A stretch of DNA of 64,000 bases from assembly GCA_013336275.1 (NCBI GenBank), contig JAAXUA010000001.1:78167-142166 (forward strand). The letters run 5' to 3'. This document shows positions 1-10,527 of this stretch, in pieces. Under the pieces are notes generated by a model. It made no database searches, was not told where the DNA came from, and saw only the letters and a list, made by a program, of their open reading frames with translations. Positions within the stretch are counted from its first letter, which is position 1. Every line of letters begins with the position of its first letter. The stretch is from Candidatus Falkowbacteria bacterium (GTDB lineage Bacteria > Patescibacteriota > Patescibacteriia > Patescibacteriales > GWE2-39-37). Both the position numbers and the translations under genes were made by a program.

Positions 1-164
1 ATATGAGGAACGCGACAGCCGTCCAGCTGCTGCCTGAGATATTGTCCTGGGCCGACGGCGACGTTGACATCATGCCCGTGTTTTTTGAATTCTTTAGCCA
101 GATTCAAAACCACGTTCTGTGCGCCTCCGACATCGCCTTTGGTTATGACTAGTAATATCTTCAT
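1..164 (-). CDS. Glycosyltransferase family 4 (GT-B), N-terminal part, truncated by window edge
   Basis: Manual translation from ATG at 164: MKILLVITKGDVGGAQNVVLNLAKEFKKHGHDVNVAVG, a typical GT4 N-terminus (GGA motif, GHDV); follows the sugar transferase. Confidence 0.8.
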   Translation of the reverse strand, partial: MKILLVITKGDVGGAQNVVLNLAKEFKKHGHDVNVAVGPGQYLRQQLDGCRVPH

Positions 165-169
165 ATCGT

Positions 170-1540
170 TCAGATGCCGGCGCGGCTCAGTATGGTGTAA
201 ATGGTCTTCAAGATGATCGAGAGATCGAGATAGATTGAGCGGTTCTTGATGTAAAAGAGGTCGTATTGGAGCTTTTTCATGGTGTCTTCGTAGGAAGGTG
301 AGTGATACTCCCCGGAAATCTGGTCCCAGCCGGTAACGCCTGGCTTGACCAGCATGCGTTCACGGTAGAAAGGGACGATCTTTTCCAGATCGACGACCAA
401 TTCCGGGCGTTCAGGCCTCGGGCCGACGAAACTCATTTCGCCCTTGATTATATTCAAAAGCTGTGGCAGCTCGTCAAGCCTGGTGGTCCGCAGGAAAGCG
501 CCTAGGCTGGTGACACGCTTGTCATTTTTGGCCGTCGGGGAAAAATCATTGCCGGTAACGGTCATGGTGCGGAATTTGTAAATCTGGAATGGCTCGCCGT
601 TCTGGCTGAGACGCGTCTGGATGAAGAAAACCGGCCCCTTGCTGCTAAGCTTGATCAGCAGGCCGATCAGCAGCCACAACGGCAAAGTGATGACGAATAG
701 GATGACGCTTAAGATGAAGTCATAAGTCCTTTTGAAGGAGTCGAAGCCGGATTTTCCGCCTTCGCTAAGATTTTCTAAAAACCAAGTGCGATTGATGGCC
801 GTAATCGGGACTTTGCCGGTCACGGTCTCATAAAAGCTTGAGAGGCTGATGAAATTTATCTTCAAAGGAATCAGGGAAAAAAGCGAGTCGCTCAATTCGG
901 TCGATTCATGAGGGTTGGCAGTGAAGATGAGGGTATTGATGTGATATTGCTCGACCATGCTTTTAAGATCGGACGAACTCGGGATGATGGGCGTATCCGT
1001 AGCGGCGATGGCTGTCTGTTCCTGATCGTTGACAATGAAGGCGGCGCGATAGCCTAGATGCGGGCTGCGCTTGAGCTCGGCGATCAATTCTTTGACCTGG
1101 TCGTTATAACCGATGATGCCGATCTGGTATTTAGGCAGATAGGATTTAAGCGACCAATTATAAAATTGCCGCCAGAGCGAGAACAGGACGACAAATACCA
1201 AGCTGTAGATAGCCAGATTGGTCTTAGGGGCGATACTGTTCGGCGGCAGGGTATAAAAGAAAGCGATGGCGATGGCGATTGAAATGGCCAGACTGCGGGT
1301 GAGGAGCTGCCAAAAACGGGCGTTATTAACGGCTAGGCGCAGGTCATAAAGGTTCGAGATATAGAAAATCAAAATCCAGCCGGCGAAGACCAGAGTGAAG
1401 GGCGGGAAATGATCCTGCCAGAGCTGGGTATTGGGGTTGGCCTGATAGCGGATCAGCAAGGTCAGCCACAGGGTGGCGTAAAGCAAGAAGAGGTCACCCG
1501 CAATCAGGATGAATCGTTTGAGATTATTAGTGGGTTTCAT
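170..1540 (-). CDS. Undecaprenyl-phosphate glycosylphosphotransferase (WcaJ/WbaP-like sugar transferase)
   Basis: N-terminal TM helices, CoA-binding-like middle region, C-terminal [24 protein letters not shown] and [10 protein letters not shown] motifs. Confidence 0.93.
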   Translation of the reverse strand: MKPTNNLKRFILIAGDLFLLYATLWLTLLIRYQANPNTQLWQDHFPPFTLVFAGWILIFYISNLYDLRLAVNNARFWQLLTRSLAISIAIAIAFFYTLPPNSIAPKTNLAIYSLVFVVLFSLWRQFYNWSLKSYLPKYQIGIIGYNDQVKELIAELKRSPHLGYRAAFIVNDQEQTAIAATDTPIIPSSSDLKSMVEQYHINTLIFTANPHESTELSDSLFSLIPLKINFISLSSFYETVTGKVPITAINRTWFLENLSEGGKSGFDSFKRTYDFILSVILFVITLPLWLLIGLLIKLSSKGPVFFIQTRLSQNGEPFQIYKFRTMTVTGNDFSPTAKNDKRVTSLGAFLRTTRLDELPQLLNIIKGEMSFVGPRPERPELVVDLEKIVPFYRERMLVKPGVTGWDQISGEYHSPSYEDTMKKLQYDLFYIKNRSIYLDLSIILKTIYTILSRAGI

Positions 1541-1632
1541 GGCTAAACTATACTAATTTTAGAGAGAAATGGCAAGAGCGGACTTGCCTTGATCAGGTTT
1601 GATTTTTGGCCCGATTAATGTATAATATATGT

Positions 1633-2691
1633 ATGAATAAATCAGCCAATATTGAATTAAATTGGCCTCTTTTGGGCAATGACCACGTGGTCAGCTTCCT
1701 GAGCCGAACCTTAGCCACTGACCAGGTTTCTGGCAGCTATATTTTTGTCGGGCCTGACGACTTGGGCAAGACCACGGTGGCCAGCTATTTTGCCTATAGC
1801 CTCCTCTGTCAGAATCGCGGTAAGGGCGGACCTTTGCCCTGCGGCACCTGTCCATCTTGCCGCCAGCACAAGCTTGGCCTGAGCCCTGGAGAAGAAGATT
1901 CTTTGGCTAGCATCCACGCCGATCTTCATGTGGTCAAGCGGGAAAAAGACAAGAAGAATCTTTCGATAGATCAGATACGCGAGTTGATAGCTGAGCTGAG
2001 CCTGAGTTCTTTTCTGAACTCATACAAGATCGGCATCATCAAGCACGCCGATAGCCTGAGCGAGGAGGCGGGAAACTCGCTTCTCAAAACCTTGGAGGAG
2101 CCGCGAGACAAGGTGGTTGTGATTCTGATTGCAACGGAGCTGGCTAACCTGCCGCAGACTATCGTTTCCCGAAGCCAAGTCCTGCGTTTCCGCTCGGTAC
2201 CCAATGATACGATTTACCAATATCTGATAAAGGAACATAATGCCAGCCGCAGCCAAGCCAAGAATTTGGCCCGCCTCTCTCTCGGCCGCCCGGCCCTAGC
2301 CGTCAAATTCTTTGAAGACAAGGAGTTTTATGATTCATATGTCGAGCGCACTCAAGCGCTTCTCGGTTTCTGGCGCTCCGATCTGAACGGCCGCTTTGCT
2401 GCCATCGGCGACCTCCTTGGTGCCAAAGCTACGGGGCAGGAGGCAGTCACGCTGTCGCGGCGCATCTTGGAGACCTGGCAGGGTCTGGCTCGCGACCTCA
2501 TCCTATTTCATGCCGGACAAAAGGACCTGGTCCAGCACGAGATCGTCATGCCCGAGCTTGAAGCGGTCAGCCGCAGCCTGTCTCTGCCGGATATTTTCAA
2601 GCTTTTCCAATCGATCAGGAAGGCCGAGGAGTATCTCAAGGCCAATGTCAGCCCCAAGTCGGTCCTGGAGTCAGTCGCCATGGCTGTTTGA
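1633..2691 (+). CDS. holB: DNA polymerase III subunit delta'
   Basis: GPDDLGKTT, Zn cluster C..PCGTCPSC, HADL, NSLLKTLEEP, TIVSRSQ; ATG at 1633 preferred over the TTG start in the track. Confidence 0.9.
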   Translation: MNKSANIELNWPLLGNDHVVSFLSRTLATDQVSGSYIFVGPDDLGKTTVASYFAYSLLCQNRGKGGPLPCGTCPSCRQHKLGLSPGEEDSLASIHADLHVVKREKDKKNLSIDQIRELIAELSLSSFLNSYKIGIIKHADSLSEEAGNSLLKTLEEPRDKVVVILIATELANLPQTIVSRSQVLRFRSVPNDTIYQYLIKEHNASRSQAKNLARLSLGRPALAVKFFEDKEFYDSYVERTQALLGFWRSDLNGRFAAIGDLLGAKATGQEAVTLSRRILETWQGLARDLILFHAGQKDLVQHEIVMPELEAVSRSLSLPDIFKLFQSIRKAEEYLKANVSPKSVLESVAMAV

Positions 2692-2765
2692 GCTGCAACC
2701 TCGAAGAATCCATCATTAGATTTTATAAATAAGAAATCAAAATCAACTCAAAATTATCCAACCTT

Positions 2766-3839
2766 ATGAAAAGGCAAACTCGATCAATGATTCTGGGTCT
2801 CGCGTTAGTCTTCGTCCTGTCAGGTTGCGGCATCTCTGTCCAGAGCAACAACTCGAACACCGCCTCCGGCATCGATGGAGGCATCTTTCGTACCGACAAC
2901 AAGGGTGCCAACTGGGTCTCGAAAAGCCTGATGCCGACGATCAGCGGGCGGGCGGGCAGCTTTGCCAGCGTCGATGGCAACATGATCTATTTTGACCCGA
3001 CCGATCCTAAGACGGTCTATTTCGGCACGGTCGGCGAGGGGCTGCTTTACTCGTATGACCGGGGAGACACTTGGCAGCGCTCGGCCGCCTTAGGCCGCGT
3101 TACGGTCAGGGGACTAGTGGTTGATCCGCAGTTCCGTTGCACGATTTATGCCGCAGTGGATAACAAGATACTGAAGACGGTCGATTGCGGCCGCGCCTGG
3201 GCGCAGGTTTATTATGACAATGACGTCAGTTTGAAGATATCGGCTCTGGTGATGAATCCGAGTGACAATTCGCTGGTTGCCGGAACTTCTCGCGGCGAGA
3301 TCATGAAGAGTCTGGATCGCGGCGACAGCTGGCAGGTCATCACCCGCCTCAAGGACAAGGTGGCGGAAATCAAGATCAGTCCTTTCGACAGCAAAGTAAT
3401 GCTGGTTGCCGGGGAAAAGACCGGCCTGCACCGTTCGATCGTCGGCAGCAGCTCATTGGAGAGCTTGGCCAACAATATGAAGACTTTCGTCAAGGCTAAT
3501 ACTTTCAAGGACCTGACCTTTTCCGGCTCCACTTCTGGTCTGGTCTTTCTGGCCAACGGTTACGGCATCCTGCAATCACCGGACAACGGCACGACTTGGT
3601 CGAAGATCAACTTGCTAACTCCTGACGCCAATGCTACTATCAATGCGCTAGCGGTCAGCCCGAAGAATGACAGTGAGATCTATTACGTGACCAATACCAC
3701 CTTTTATCGCTCGCTTGACGGCGGCAAGAATTGGACCTCGAAAAAGCTGCCGTCTAACCGTGCCGGTGCCGTACTGATGATCGCTCCGGACTTGCCCGCT
3801 ACTGTCTATATGGCAGTCAAACAGCTGCAGAAAAAGTAA
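2766..3839 (+). CDS. Lipoprotein with BNR/Asp-box beta-propeller (Ycf48/VPS10-like)
   Basis: Lipobox LSGC; about six Asp-box repeats (RTDNKGANW, YSYDRGDTW, KTVDCGRAW, KSLDRGDSW, QSPDNGTTW, RSLDGGKNW). Confidence 0.8.
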   Translation: MKRQTRSMILGLALVFVLSGCGISVQSNNSNTASGIDGGIFRTDNKGANWVSKSLMPTISGRAGSFASVDGNMIYFDPTDPKTVYFGTVGEGLLYSYDRGDTWQRSAALGRVTVRGLVVDPQFRCTIYAAVDNKILKTVDCGRAWAQVYYDNDVSLKISALVMNPSDNSLVAGTSRGEIMKSLDRGDSWQVITRLKDKVAEIKISPFDSKVMLVAGEKTGLHRSIVGSSSLESLANNMKTFVKANTFKDLTFSGSTSGLVFLANGYGILQSPDNGTTWSKINLLTPDANATINALAVSPKNDSEIYYVTNTTFYRSLDGGKNWTSKKLPSNRAGAVLMIAPDLPATVYMAVKQLQKK

Positions 3840-3847
3840 AATCGCGT

Positions 3848-3922
3848 TGCCGTTCCAGCGCATGCTGGAATCTTATAAGGGTTATGACAGGATTCTGGAT
3901 CCTGGCATGCGCCGGAACGGCA
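3848..3922. repeat. REP/REPIN-like palindromic intergenic element
   Basis: tgccgttccagcgcatgctggaatct ... ggatcctggcatgcgccggaacggca: two internally palindromic units in inverted orientation. Confidence 0.6.
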
Positions 3923-3948
3923 CCTTCGATAATAATTAAATCACTACC

Positions 3949-4503
3949 ATGAACACCTACATCCAAGAAAAACAAGGAGAATTCATCAAGGCCGTTGATT
4001 ATTTCAAAAAGGAAATCGCTGTGTTGCGCACCGGCCGTGCCAACCCAGGCTTGCTTGATGGCATCATTGCCGAAGCTTACGGCGCCAAAACCCCATTGAA
4101 CGGCTTGGCCTCGATCAGCGTTTCCGACTCAAGGAGCATGATAGTCTCGCCATGGGACAAGGCCGTGCTGAAAGAAATCGAGAAGGCGATCGTTGAAGCC
4201 GACCTAGGGTTGGGCGTAGTCAACGAAGGCGACAAGATCCGCCTGACCGTACCGTCCATGACCGAAGAGAACCGCAAGCACTTGGTCAAGAAGCTGAATG
4301 ACCAGATGGAAGAAGCTCGCATCGCTCTGCGCAAGATCCGCGAAGAGGCCAAGCAGACCATCGAAGCGGCCGAAGACGCCAAAGACATTTCCGAAGACGA
4401 TAAATACCGCTTCGTCAGGGAGTTGGACGAGGAAGTGCATCGCCGCAACGAGGAGGTCAAGCAGATCCGCGACAAGAAAGAAGAGGAAATAATGACTATC
4501 TAA
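3949..4503 (+). CDS. frr: Ribosome recycling factor
   Basis: LRTGRANP, GDKIRLTVPSMTEENRK, DISEDD, KEEEIM motifs; 184 aa. Confidence 0.97.
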   Translation: MNTYIQEKQGEFIKAVDYFKKEIAVLRTGRANPGLLDGIIAEAYGAKTPLNGLASISVSDSRSMIVSPWDKAVLKEIEKAIVEADLGLGVVNEGDKIRLTVPSMTEENRKHLVKKLNDQMEEARIALRKIREEAKQTIEAAEDAKDISEDDKYRFVRELDEEVHRRNEEVKQIRDKKEEEIMTI

Positions 4504-4570
4504 AGTATAGTTCGAAGCGTAAAGCGCAAATGTTCTTTGCGCTTTTAGCTTTTAATTTTACATTCAACTT

Positions 4571-5734
4571 ATGTTTTTAACCGTAGTGACTTTCATATTG
4601 GTTTTGTCTGTTCTCGTTTTCGTCCATGAATTGGGCCATTTCTGGACAGCCAGGAAATTCGGCGTCAAGGCCGAGGAGTTCGGGTTCGGCTTTCCGCCGC
4701 GTGCCTTCGGCATCTATAAATCGGTTTCGGGAAAGTGGAAGAAAGTCCGGGGCAGCAAGGAAGTCGATGACGCAGCTGATACCATCTATTCCGTGAACTG
4801 GATCCCGCTCGGCGGCTTCGTGAAGCTTAACGAAGACGACTCCGAGAGCGACGATCCGAATCATTTCATAAATATGCCGATCTGGAAGCGGGCAGTCGTC
4901 TTGTCTGCCGGCGTTTCGATGAATATGCTTCTGGCTATCGTGCTGATTTCCATCGGGTTGATGGTCGGCATGCCGCAGTCGCTCGATGCGCTCGACAAGA
5001 ACGCCATCATCTCTGATCGCAAGATCCAGATCATGCAGATAATGGATCCGTCACCGGCCAAGAATGCCGGGTTGGCGGTCGGCGACATCATCTTGGGTAT
5101 CGATGGGAAGAAATTTGCCGATTATCCGGCCATTCAGAAATATGTCGACGAGAACAAGGACAAAGAGCTGACTTATCAGATCAAACACGCGGACGAAATC
5201 AAAGATTTCAAGATCAAGCCGGAAATCAGGCAAGAGACCGGCAAGGGCGGCATCGGAGTCGCCTTGACCGAGACCGGCCTGGTCAAATATCCATGGTACC
5301 AGGCGATCTGGCAGGGCATCAGGCAGACTTTCGTCCTGGCCTGGGTGATTCTTGTCGCTTTTTATGACCTGATCAGCGGGCTTGTTACTGGAGGCGGAGT
5401 TTCGGGCGAGGTGGCCGGACCGGTCGGCATCGCTTCTTTGACCGGCCAAGTCGCGCGCATGGGCTTCGTTTACCTGATGCAGTTCACGGCACTGCTTTCG
5501 ATCAACCTGGCAATCATCAATTTTTTACCTTTCCCAGCGCTTGATGGCGGCAGGGTCCTCTTCCTCATAATCGAGAAAATCAAACGCAAACCGGTCCGCC
5601 GCGAGCTGGAAGCCATTATCCATAATTTCGGCTTCATGCTCCTGATGCTCTTGGTCTTGCTGGTGACGTTCAACGATATCGTCAATATCGGACCGGTGCG
5701 GCAGTTCTTGTCGATGGTCAAAGGGTGGTTTTAA
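4571..5734 (+). CDS. rseP: RIP metalloprotease RseP (M50) with PDZ domain
   Basis: HELGH, NWIPLGGFVK, GPVGI and NFLPFPALDGG motifs. Confidence 0.95.
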   Translation: MFLTVVTFILVLSVLVFVHELGHFWTARKFGVKAEEFGFGFPPRAFGIYKSVSGKWKKVRGSKEVDDAADTIYSVNWIPLGGFVKLNEDDSESDDPNHFINMPIWKRAVVLSAGVSMNMLLAIVLISIGLMVGMPQSLDALDKNAIISDRKIQIMQIMDPSPAKNAGLAVGDIILGIDGKKFADYPAIQKYVDENKDKELTYQIKHADEIKDFKIKPEIRQETGKGGIGVALTETGLVKYPWYQAIWQGIRQTFVLAWVILVAFYDLISGLVTGGGVSGEVAGPVGIASLTGQVARMGFVYLMQFTALLSINLAIINFLPFPALDGGRVLFLIIEKIKRKPVRRELEAIIHNFGFMLLMLLVLLVTFNDIVNIGPVRQFLSMVKGWF

Positions 5735-5740
5735 CAAGGT

Positions 5741-6721
5741 ATGCCAAAAGAAAACACACATCTATATTTCGCCCACGAACTCCTGGGACAGATCAACCAG
5801 GAGCAGATCAGCAAGATCATCGAAGAGCATTCGAAGCCTTATTATTTTGGCAGCGTCGCGCCAGATTCGTTCTACTACTCCGCCAAATCCGATGTCCGCA
5901 AGATTTCGGAAATCCTTCATGGCCGCGATGGCGGGCTGACTAACGAGATCATCTTCAAGCTCTTGGACAAGGCGCGCGAACAGAAGAGCGAAGCAGACCT
6001 GGCTTTCGTTTTCGGATATATCACGCACTGCGCCTTGGACATCATCTTCCATCCGATGATCTATTATCTTTCGGGAAATTACTATGATCCTGACCCGAAA
6101 AAGGCGAATGAAGCCGTCTACTTGCACCGGCACCTCGAGACCTATCTGGATGCCCAGGTCAACCAAACCTATTATTTCAATGATTACGTCAACTTCAAGG
6201 TCTTGAGGTCGCTTTATTTCCCGCATTACATCAGCAAGCTATATCATACGACCCCGCGCGAGATCGAGCGCACCCTCAAGCGCAAGTCCATGGTTTACGG
6301 GCTTTTGCGCAACAATTTCGTCTTGGATATCCTCTATCTCTTCTATCGTTTCATCAAGCACTCGAGCTGGTCGAAGTTCAAGATGTTTTTGGGCATCTTT
6401 TATGGCAACCTGCAGCGCGATAACCGCATCATCCCGAAGACCATCAATTATCGCGACATAGTCACCGGCGAGCCGAAAATCACCACTATCTATGATCTGT
6501 TCAATGAAGCTGGCGCTTACGCTGTCGAGATGGTGGCAGTGGCGCACAATTATTACTCCGGCAAAATCACGAGAGCTGAGGCGGCCGAAATCATTCGCGG
6601 CGAAAGCCTCAATACCGGCAAGGTAGGGATGCCGGTCGCCGATATCCGCTATTTCTTCGATTCCAAGTATGAGCACCATCATTTATCCTCGCTGCCGAAA
6701 AGTCAGAAGGTGGCGCAATAG
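5741..6721 (+). CDS. Zinc-dependent phospholipase C family protein
   Basis: MP..TH N-terminus, GSVAPD, GYITHCALDIIFHP and HRHLE metal-ligand pattern. Confidence 0.75.
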   Translation: MPKENTHLYFAHELLGQINQEQISKIIEEHSKPYYFGSVAPDSFYYSAKSDVRKISEILHGRDGGLTNEIIFKLLDKAREQKSEADLAFVFGYITHCALDIIFHPMIYYLSGNYYDPDPKKANEAVYLHRHLETYLDAQVNQTYYFNDYVNFKVLRSLYFPHYISKLYHTTPREIERTLKRKSMVYGLLRNNFVLDILYLFYRFIKHSSWSKFKMFLGIFYGNLQRDNRIIPKTINYRDIVTGEPKITTIYDLFNEAGAYAVEMVAVAHNYYSGKITRAEAAEIIRGESLNTGKVGMPVADIRYFFDSKYEHHHLSSLPKSQKVAQ

Positions 6722-6724
6722 ACT

Positions 6725-7477
6725 ATGAAAAAAATCATCGCAATCGGCGGAGGCGAGATCGGGCGCCAAGGCTTCAAGCCGGAAACTACGGCTATCGACC
6801 GAGAGATCATCCGTTTGAGCGGTAAAGCCAAGCCCAGGGCGCTCTTCGTGCCGACGGCATCGGGCGACGCCCCTGGATATGTCGAGAATTTCAATAAGCA
6901 TTATGGCGGCCGCCTCGGCTGCCTGACCGACTCGCTCCAGCTGGTGGCTGGCACGCTGACCCGAAAACAGATCAGGGAGAAGATAGAATCAGCTGACATT
7001 ATCTATGTCGGCGGAGGCAATACGCTGAAAATGGTGACGTTATGGCGCAGGCTGGGCGTAGACAAGCTGCTTTTCAGGGCTTATCGTGACGGCAAGGTTA
7101 TGTCGGGCCTCTCGGCCGGCTGCAATTGCTGGTTCAGGCAAGGGAATAGCGACGCTCGCCGCTTTGCTGATAAGCACGATAGCACATTAATCAAGGTGAC
7201 GGGGCTGAATCTGATCGATGCATTGGCCTGTCCTCATTACGATATCGAGAAGCCGCGGCAGCAATCGCTCAAACGGATGATGCGCAATACGCCAGGCGTC
7301 GCGATCGCGCTGGATAACTGCGCCGCCCTTGAAGTGATCGACGACGGATACAGGGTGATTACCTCTAAAAAAACCGCCTGTGCTAGAAAAATATATTGGC
7401 AAAAGGGAAAATATCACAATCAGATAATACCGCAGCTCAAGGAATTCCAGCCGATTTCCAGTTTGCTATCGAAATAG
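6725..7477 (+). CDS. Peptidase E / S51 family (Asp-dipeptidase-like)
   Basis: IIAIGGG, FVPTASGD, IYVGGGNT, GLSAG, CPHYD motifs. Confidence 0.88.
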   Translation: MKKIIAIGGGEIGRQGFKPETTAIDREIIRLSGKAKPRALFVPTASGDAPGYVENFNKHYGGRLGCLTDSLQLVAGTLTRKQIREKIESADIIYVGGGNTLKMVTLWRRLGVDKLLFRAYRDGKVMSGLSAGCNCWFRQGNSDARRFADKHDSTLIKVTGLNLIDALACPHYDIEKPRQQSLKRMMRNTPGVAIALDNCAALEVIDDGYRVITSKKTACARKIYWQKGKYHNQIIPQLKEFQPISSLLSK

Positions 7478-7585
7478 GGGTTCAAAAATAAAAACGCGCC
7501 GGAGACGGCGCATTTTTTATATCTCAAGTTTGCCACTCGAGGCAGTTTTGGGGTATAATATAATCATCAATATTAACAACTCGTT

Positions 7586-8341
7586 ATGAAGAAGTATTCT
7601 ACCGAAGAAGTTAAATTCTGGGGCGAAGAATATGGCAAGGTCTATCCTCAGTTAGAAGTCGCTCGTCCTTACAAAAAGCTGATCAAAGATATGAATGAGG
7701 CCATCGGCCAAAGCGTATCCGGCAAGTGGCTCGATGTCGGTTGCGGCTCCGGTGCTATGGTAGAGATTATTTGGCAGGCTTCAGCAGGCAAGGCAGAAGA
7801 GATTACGGCTTTCGACCTGACTGAGACCATGCTTAAGTATACTCAGGACAAAGTGGATAAGCTGTTAGCGCCGGGCGACCGGGGCAAGATCAAGCTCTTG
7901 CAGCACGACTTGTCATATAAGCTGCCATTTGCTGACGGTTACTTCGACGGCATTGTTGCCAATCTGGTTTTGCCATATGTCATCAACCACGAGGGAGCGG
8001 AGGGCAAGGCGGCCCTGCGAGCCGTCTTGAGGGAAATGTATCGAGTCCTTAAGCCTGGCGGCAAGTTTGTGTGGTCGTCTCCGGTCAAGAATGTCAACTT
8101 TTGGATGGTATTCTTTTCCTCCTGGAGGGAAATACTCGACCCTAGGGAAATCAAGAATCTTTACTACGGTCCAGCCATTCTCTCTCATGCCTTGAAAATC
8201 CAGAAAAAAGGCAAGGATTCGGTTTACAGTTTCCTGGATAAAGCGGAGCTGGCCGAGCTGCTAGAGTCGCTTGATTTCAAAGATATCGAGATAAAACGTT
8301 CGTTCGCCGGTCAAGCGCTGGTCTTGAAGTCATCAAAATAA
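7586..8341 (+). CDS. Class I SAM-dependent methyltransferase
   Basis: WLDVGCGSG, LPFADGYFD, EMYRVLKPGG motifs; own -10 TATAAT near 7554. Confidence 0.9.
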   Translation: MKKYSTEEVKFWGEEYGKVYPQLEVARPYKKLIKDMNEAIGQSVSGKWLDVGCGSGAMVEIIWQASAGKAEEITAFDLTETMLKYTQDKVDKLLAPGDRGKIKLLQHDLSYKLPFADGYFDGIVANLVLPYVINHEGAEGKAALRAVLREMYRVLKPGGKFVWSSPVKNVNFWMVFFSSWREILDPREIKNLYYGPAILSHALKIQKKGKDSVYSFLDKAELAELLESLDFKDIEIKRSFAGQALVLKSSK

Positions 8342-8347
8342 ACATAA

Positions 8348-10492
8348 ATGCAATACCTGTTTTCAATATCAGGGCTGATCAATGGGATTGTCACTTTGAT
8401 AATTTCCATTTTTGTCATTTCCAGCAACCGGAAACGCCCCGTGAACAGGGTATTCTTCCTGATGACCTTGGTTAATTCCATCTGGTCGTTGGCCTATTGG
8501 CGATGGTTGTCCGTCTATGACGACGCCACGCTGGCTTTGTTCTGGGTCAGAGTGCTTTCGATCGGCTCGATGCTGACGTCCATTTTCTATCTTCATTGGG
8601 TGCTGGTGCTGTTAGAGCTCAAACGGAACAAGACCCTGATTTTTTACTATCTGATTTCGATATACTATTTCCTGTTTTCCTTTTCCGATTATTTTGTCAG
8701 CGGTGTCCGGCCGATTATCGGTTTTTCTTTCTGGCCGACGCCAGGCCCGGTTTACAATCTTTATTTCATCACCCACTACCTGATTCTCGTACCTTACGCG
8801 ACTTATCTTTTGTATACTCATTACAGGAGTTCAGTCGGGGTGCGAAAGTCGCAGATCGGCTTCGCCTTTTGGGGTGCCTTGATCGGCTTCACCGGGGGCG
8901 GCACTAATTTCCCGCTGTGGTATGGCATAGAATTGCCGCCTTTCGGCAACTTCCTCGTCCTGATTTATGTGATCTCCTTCGCCATCGCCATACTCAAATT
9001 CCGGCTGATGGGCATCAGGACGATAATGAGCAAGATATATACTTATTTCTTGATCGCTACCTATGCTTACTCGTTTTTCTATCTGGTAATATTCATCGAG
9101 GAGGCGCTGTTCGGCAGCATCTACGAGACGCAATCGCTCATAATCGCCCCGGTTTTCACCTTGATTTTCGCGGTCCTCTTTCTTCCTTTATTTAAGAAGA
9201 TCCAGAAATCCAGCGACGTACTGTTTTTTAAAGGCTATAATTCAAGAAGCATCTTGAAGGACATGTCATTGAGATTGAACAGCGTCATCAACTTGGATCA
9301 GCTTTTGAAAGCCCTAGTTGATGAGTTCAAAAGAGTCTTAGCTACGGAGGATGTAGATGTGTTTATTTTCAAAAGCACCGACATCAGCCGGAAAGCGTGC
9401 CTCTCGATCCTGAAGAACAAGGACAAGACTTTGCCGATGGGCGGCAGCATCTGCAAGCGGCTCCTCAAAGACCGGTCAATCATTATCCGCGACGAACTTA
9501 CCGACGATAACGAATCTTTGATCAAGGATTTGGATAAACTTGGAGCGAAAATAGTCGCGCCGCTCTTGATCCATCAGAAAACTATCGGCTTGGTCGTATT
9601 GGGTGAAAAGATCGAACAAGACGCCTATACCAAAGAAGATGTGGATTTCCTGCAAATCATCAGCTCCCAAGCTGCTGTCGCCATCGAAAATGCCAGGCTT
9701 TATAAAGAGGTCGAGGATTTCAACCAGACGCTCCAAGAGAAAGTGGATAAGCAGACCAAGGAAATCAGGGAAAAAGCCGAGCATCTGAGGAAGCTCATGG
9801 ACATGCGTTCGGAATTCCTGGATATCACTTCGCATCAGCTCCGTACCCCGGTCACGGTCATCAAGGGGGTGCTCTCGATGCTGGAGGAGGGCTCGATACC
9901 GCCAGCTAAACGCAAGGAATTCCTGCGTGGCGCTTTCGAGAAGTCGATCAAGCTAGGAGAAATCATCAACGATATCTTGCGCGCTTCAGAGATGGACAGC
10001 GAGCGGTTCGAACTGAATCTCAAGCCGACCGACCTTAATGAAGTCTTAAAGAAGATAGAGGAAGATAAGTATAGGACCTCGATCCGCAAGAATATCGCCC
10101 TTAAATTCATCCTCCCTAAAAAGCCTTTGCCGCCGATCATGAGCGACGAGAAATATATCGAACAGGCCATCGTGAACCTGATAAACAATTCTTTCCAGTA
10201 TACCACCAAGGGCTCGATAATCGTCTCCGCTGAGGTCTCGGCAGCAGCCGTCGTCATCCGGGTGGCCGATACTGGAATCGGCATTCCCAAGGCCGACATC
10301 CCTAAATTGTTCAGCAAGTTCGCCAGAGCTGACAATGCGGTCCAGGCTTATACGGATGGATCAGGACTCGGATTGTTCATTATCAAGCAGATAGTCGATG
10401 CGACCCCTGGAGCTAAAATAGAGATTGAGAAGACGGAAATCGGCAAGGGAACGACTTTCGCCCTGACCTTGCCGGTCGCCAAAGTAAGTTGA
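8348..10492 (+). CDS. Membrane sensor histidine kinase (N-terminal 7TM-type sensor, GAF, HisKA, HATPase)
   Basis: About 9 TM helices; GAF (AIENARLY); H-box SHQLRTP; N-box NLINNS; DTGIGI; GSGLGL. Confidence 0.93.
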   Translation: MQYLFSISGLINGIVTLIISIFVISSNRKRPVNRVFFLMTLVNSIWSLAYWRWLSVYDDATLALFWVRVLSIGSMLTSIFYLHWVLVLLELKRNKTLIFYYLISIYYFLFSFSDYFVSGVRPIIGFSFWPTPGPVYNLYFITHYLILVPYATYLLYTHYRSSVGVRKSQIGFAFWGALIGFTGGGTNFPLWYGIELPPFGNFLVLIYVISFAIAILKFRLMGIRTIMSKIYTYFLIATYAYSFFYLVIFIEEALFGSIYETQSLIIAPVFTLIFAVLFLPLFKKIQKSSDVLFFKGYNSRSILKDMSLRLNSVINLDQLLKALVDEFKRVLATEDVDVFIFKSTDISRKACLSILKNKDKTLPMGGSICKRLLKDRSIIIRDELTDDNESLIKDLDKLGAKIVAPLLIHQKTIGLVVLGEKIEQDAYTKEDVDFLQIISSQAAVAIENARLYKEVEDFNQTLQEKVDKQTKEIREKAEHLRKLMDMRSEFLDITSHQLRTPVTVIKGVLSMLEEGSIPPAKRKEFLRGAFEKSIKLGEIINDILRASEMDSERFELNLKPTDLNEVLKKIEEDKYRTSIRKNIALKFILPKKPLPPIMSDEKYIEQAIVNLINNSFQYTTKGSIIVSAEVSAAAVVIRVADTGIGIPKADIPKLFSKFARADNAVQAYTDGSGLGLFIIKQIVDATPGAKIEIEKTEIGKGTTFALTLPVAKVS

Positions 10493-10527
10493 TTCTTTAA
10501 TTTTCAAGGAGTAGAATATACTTGTAT

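Noticed and set aside
4515..4560. aaagcgcaaa/tttgcgcttt hairpin between frr and rseP
   Set aside because: Ordinary short intergenic hairpin or weak terminator; nothing further can be supported.
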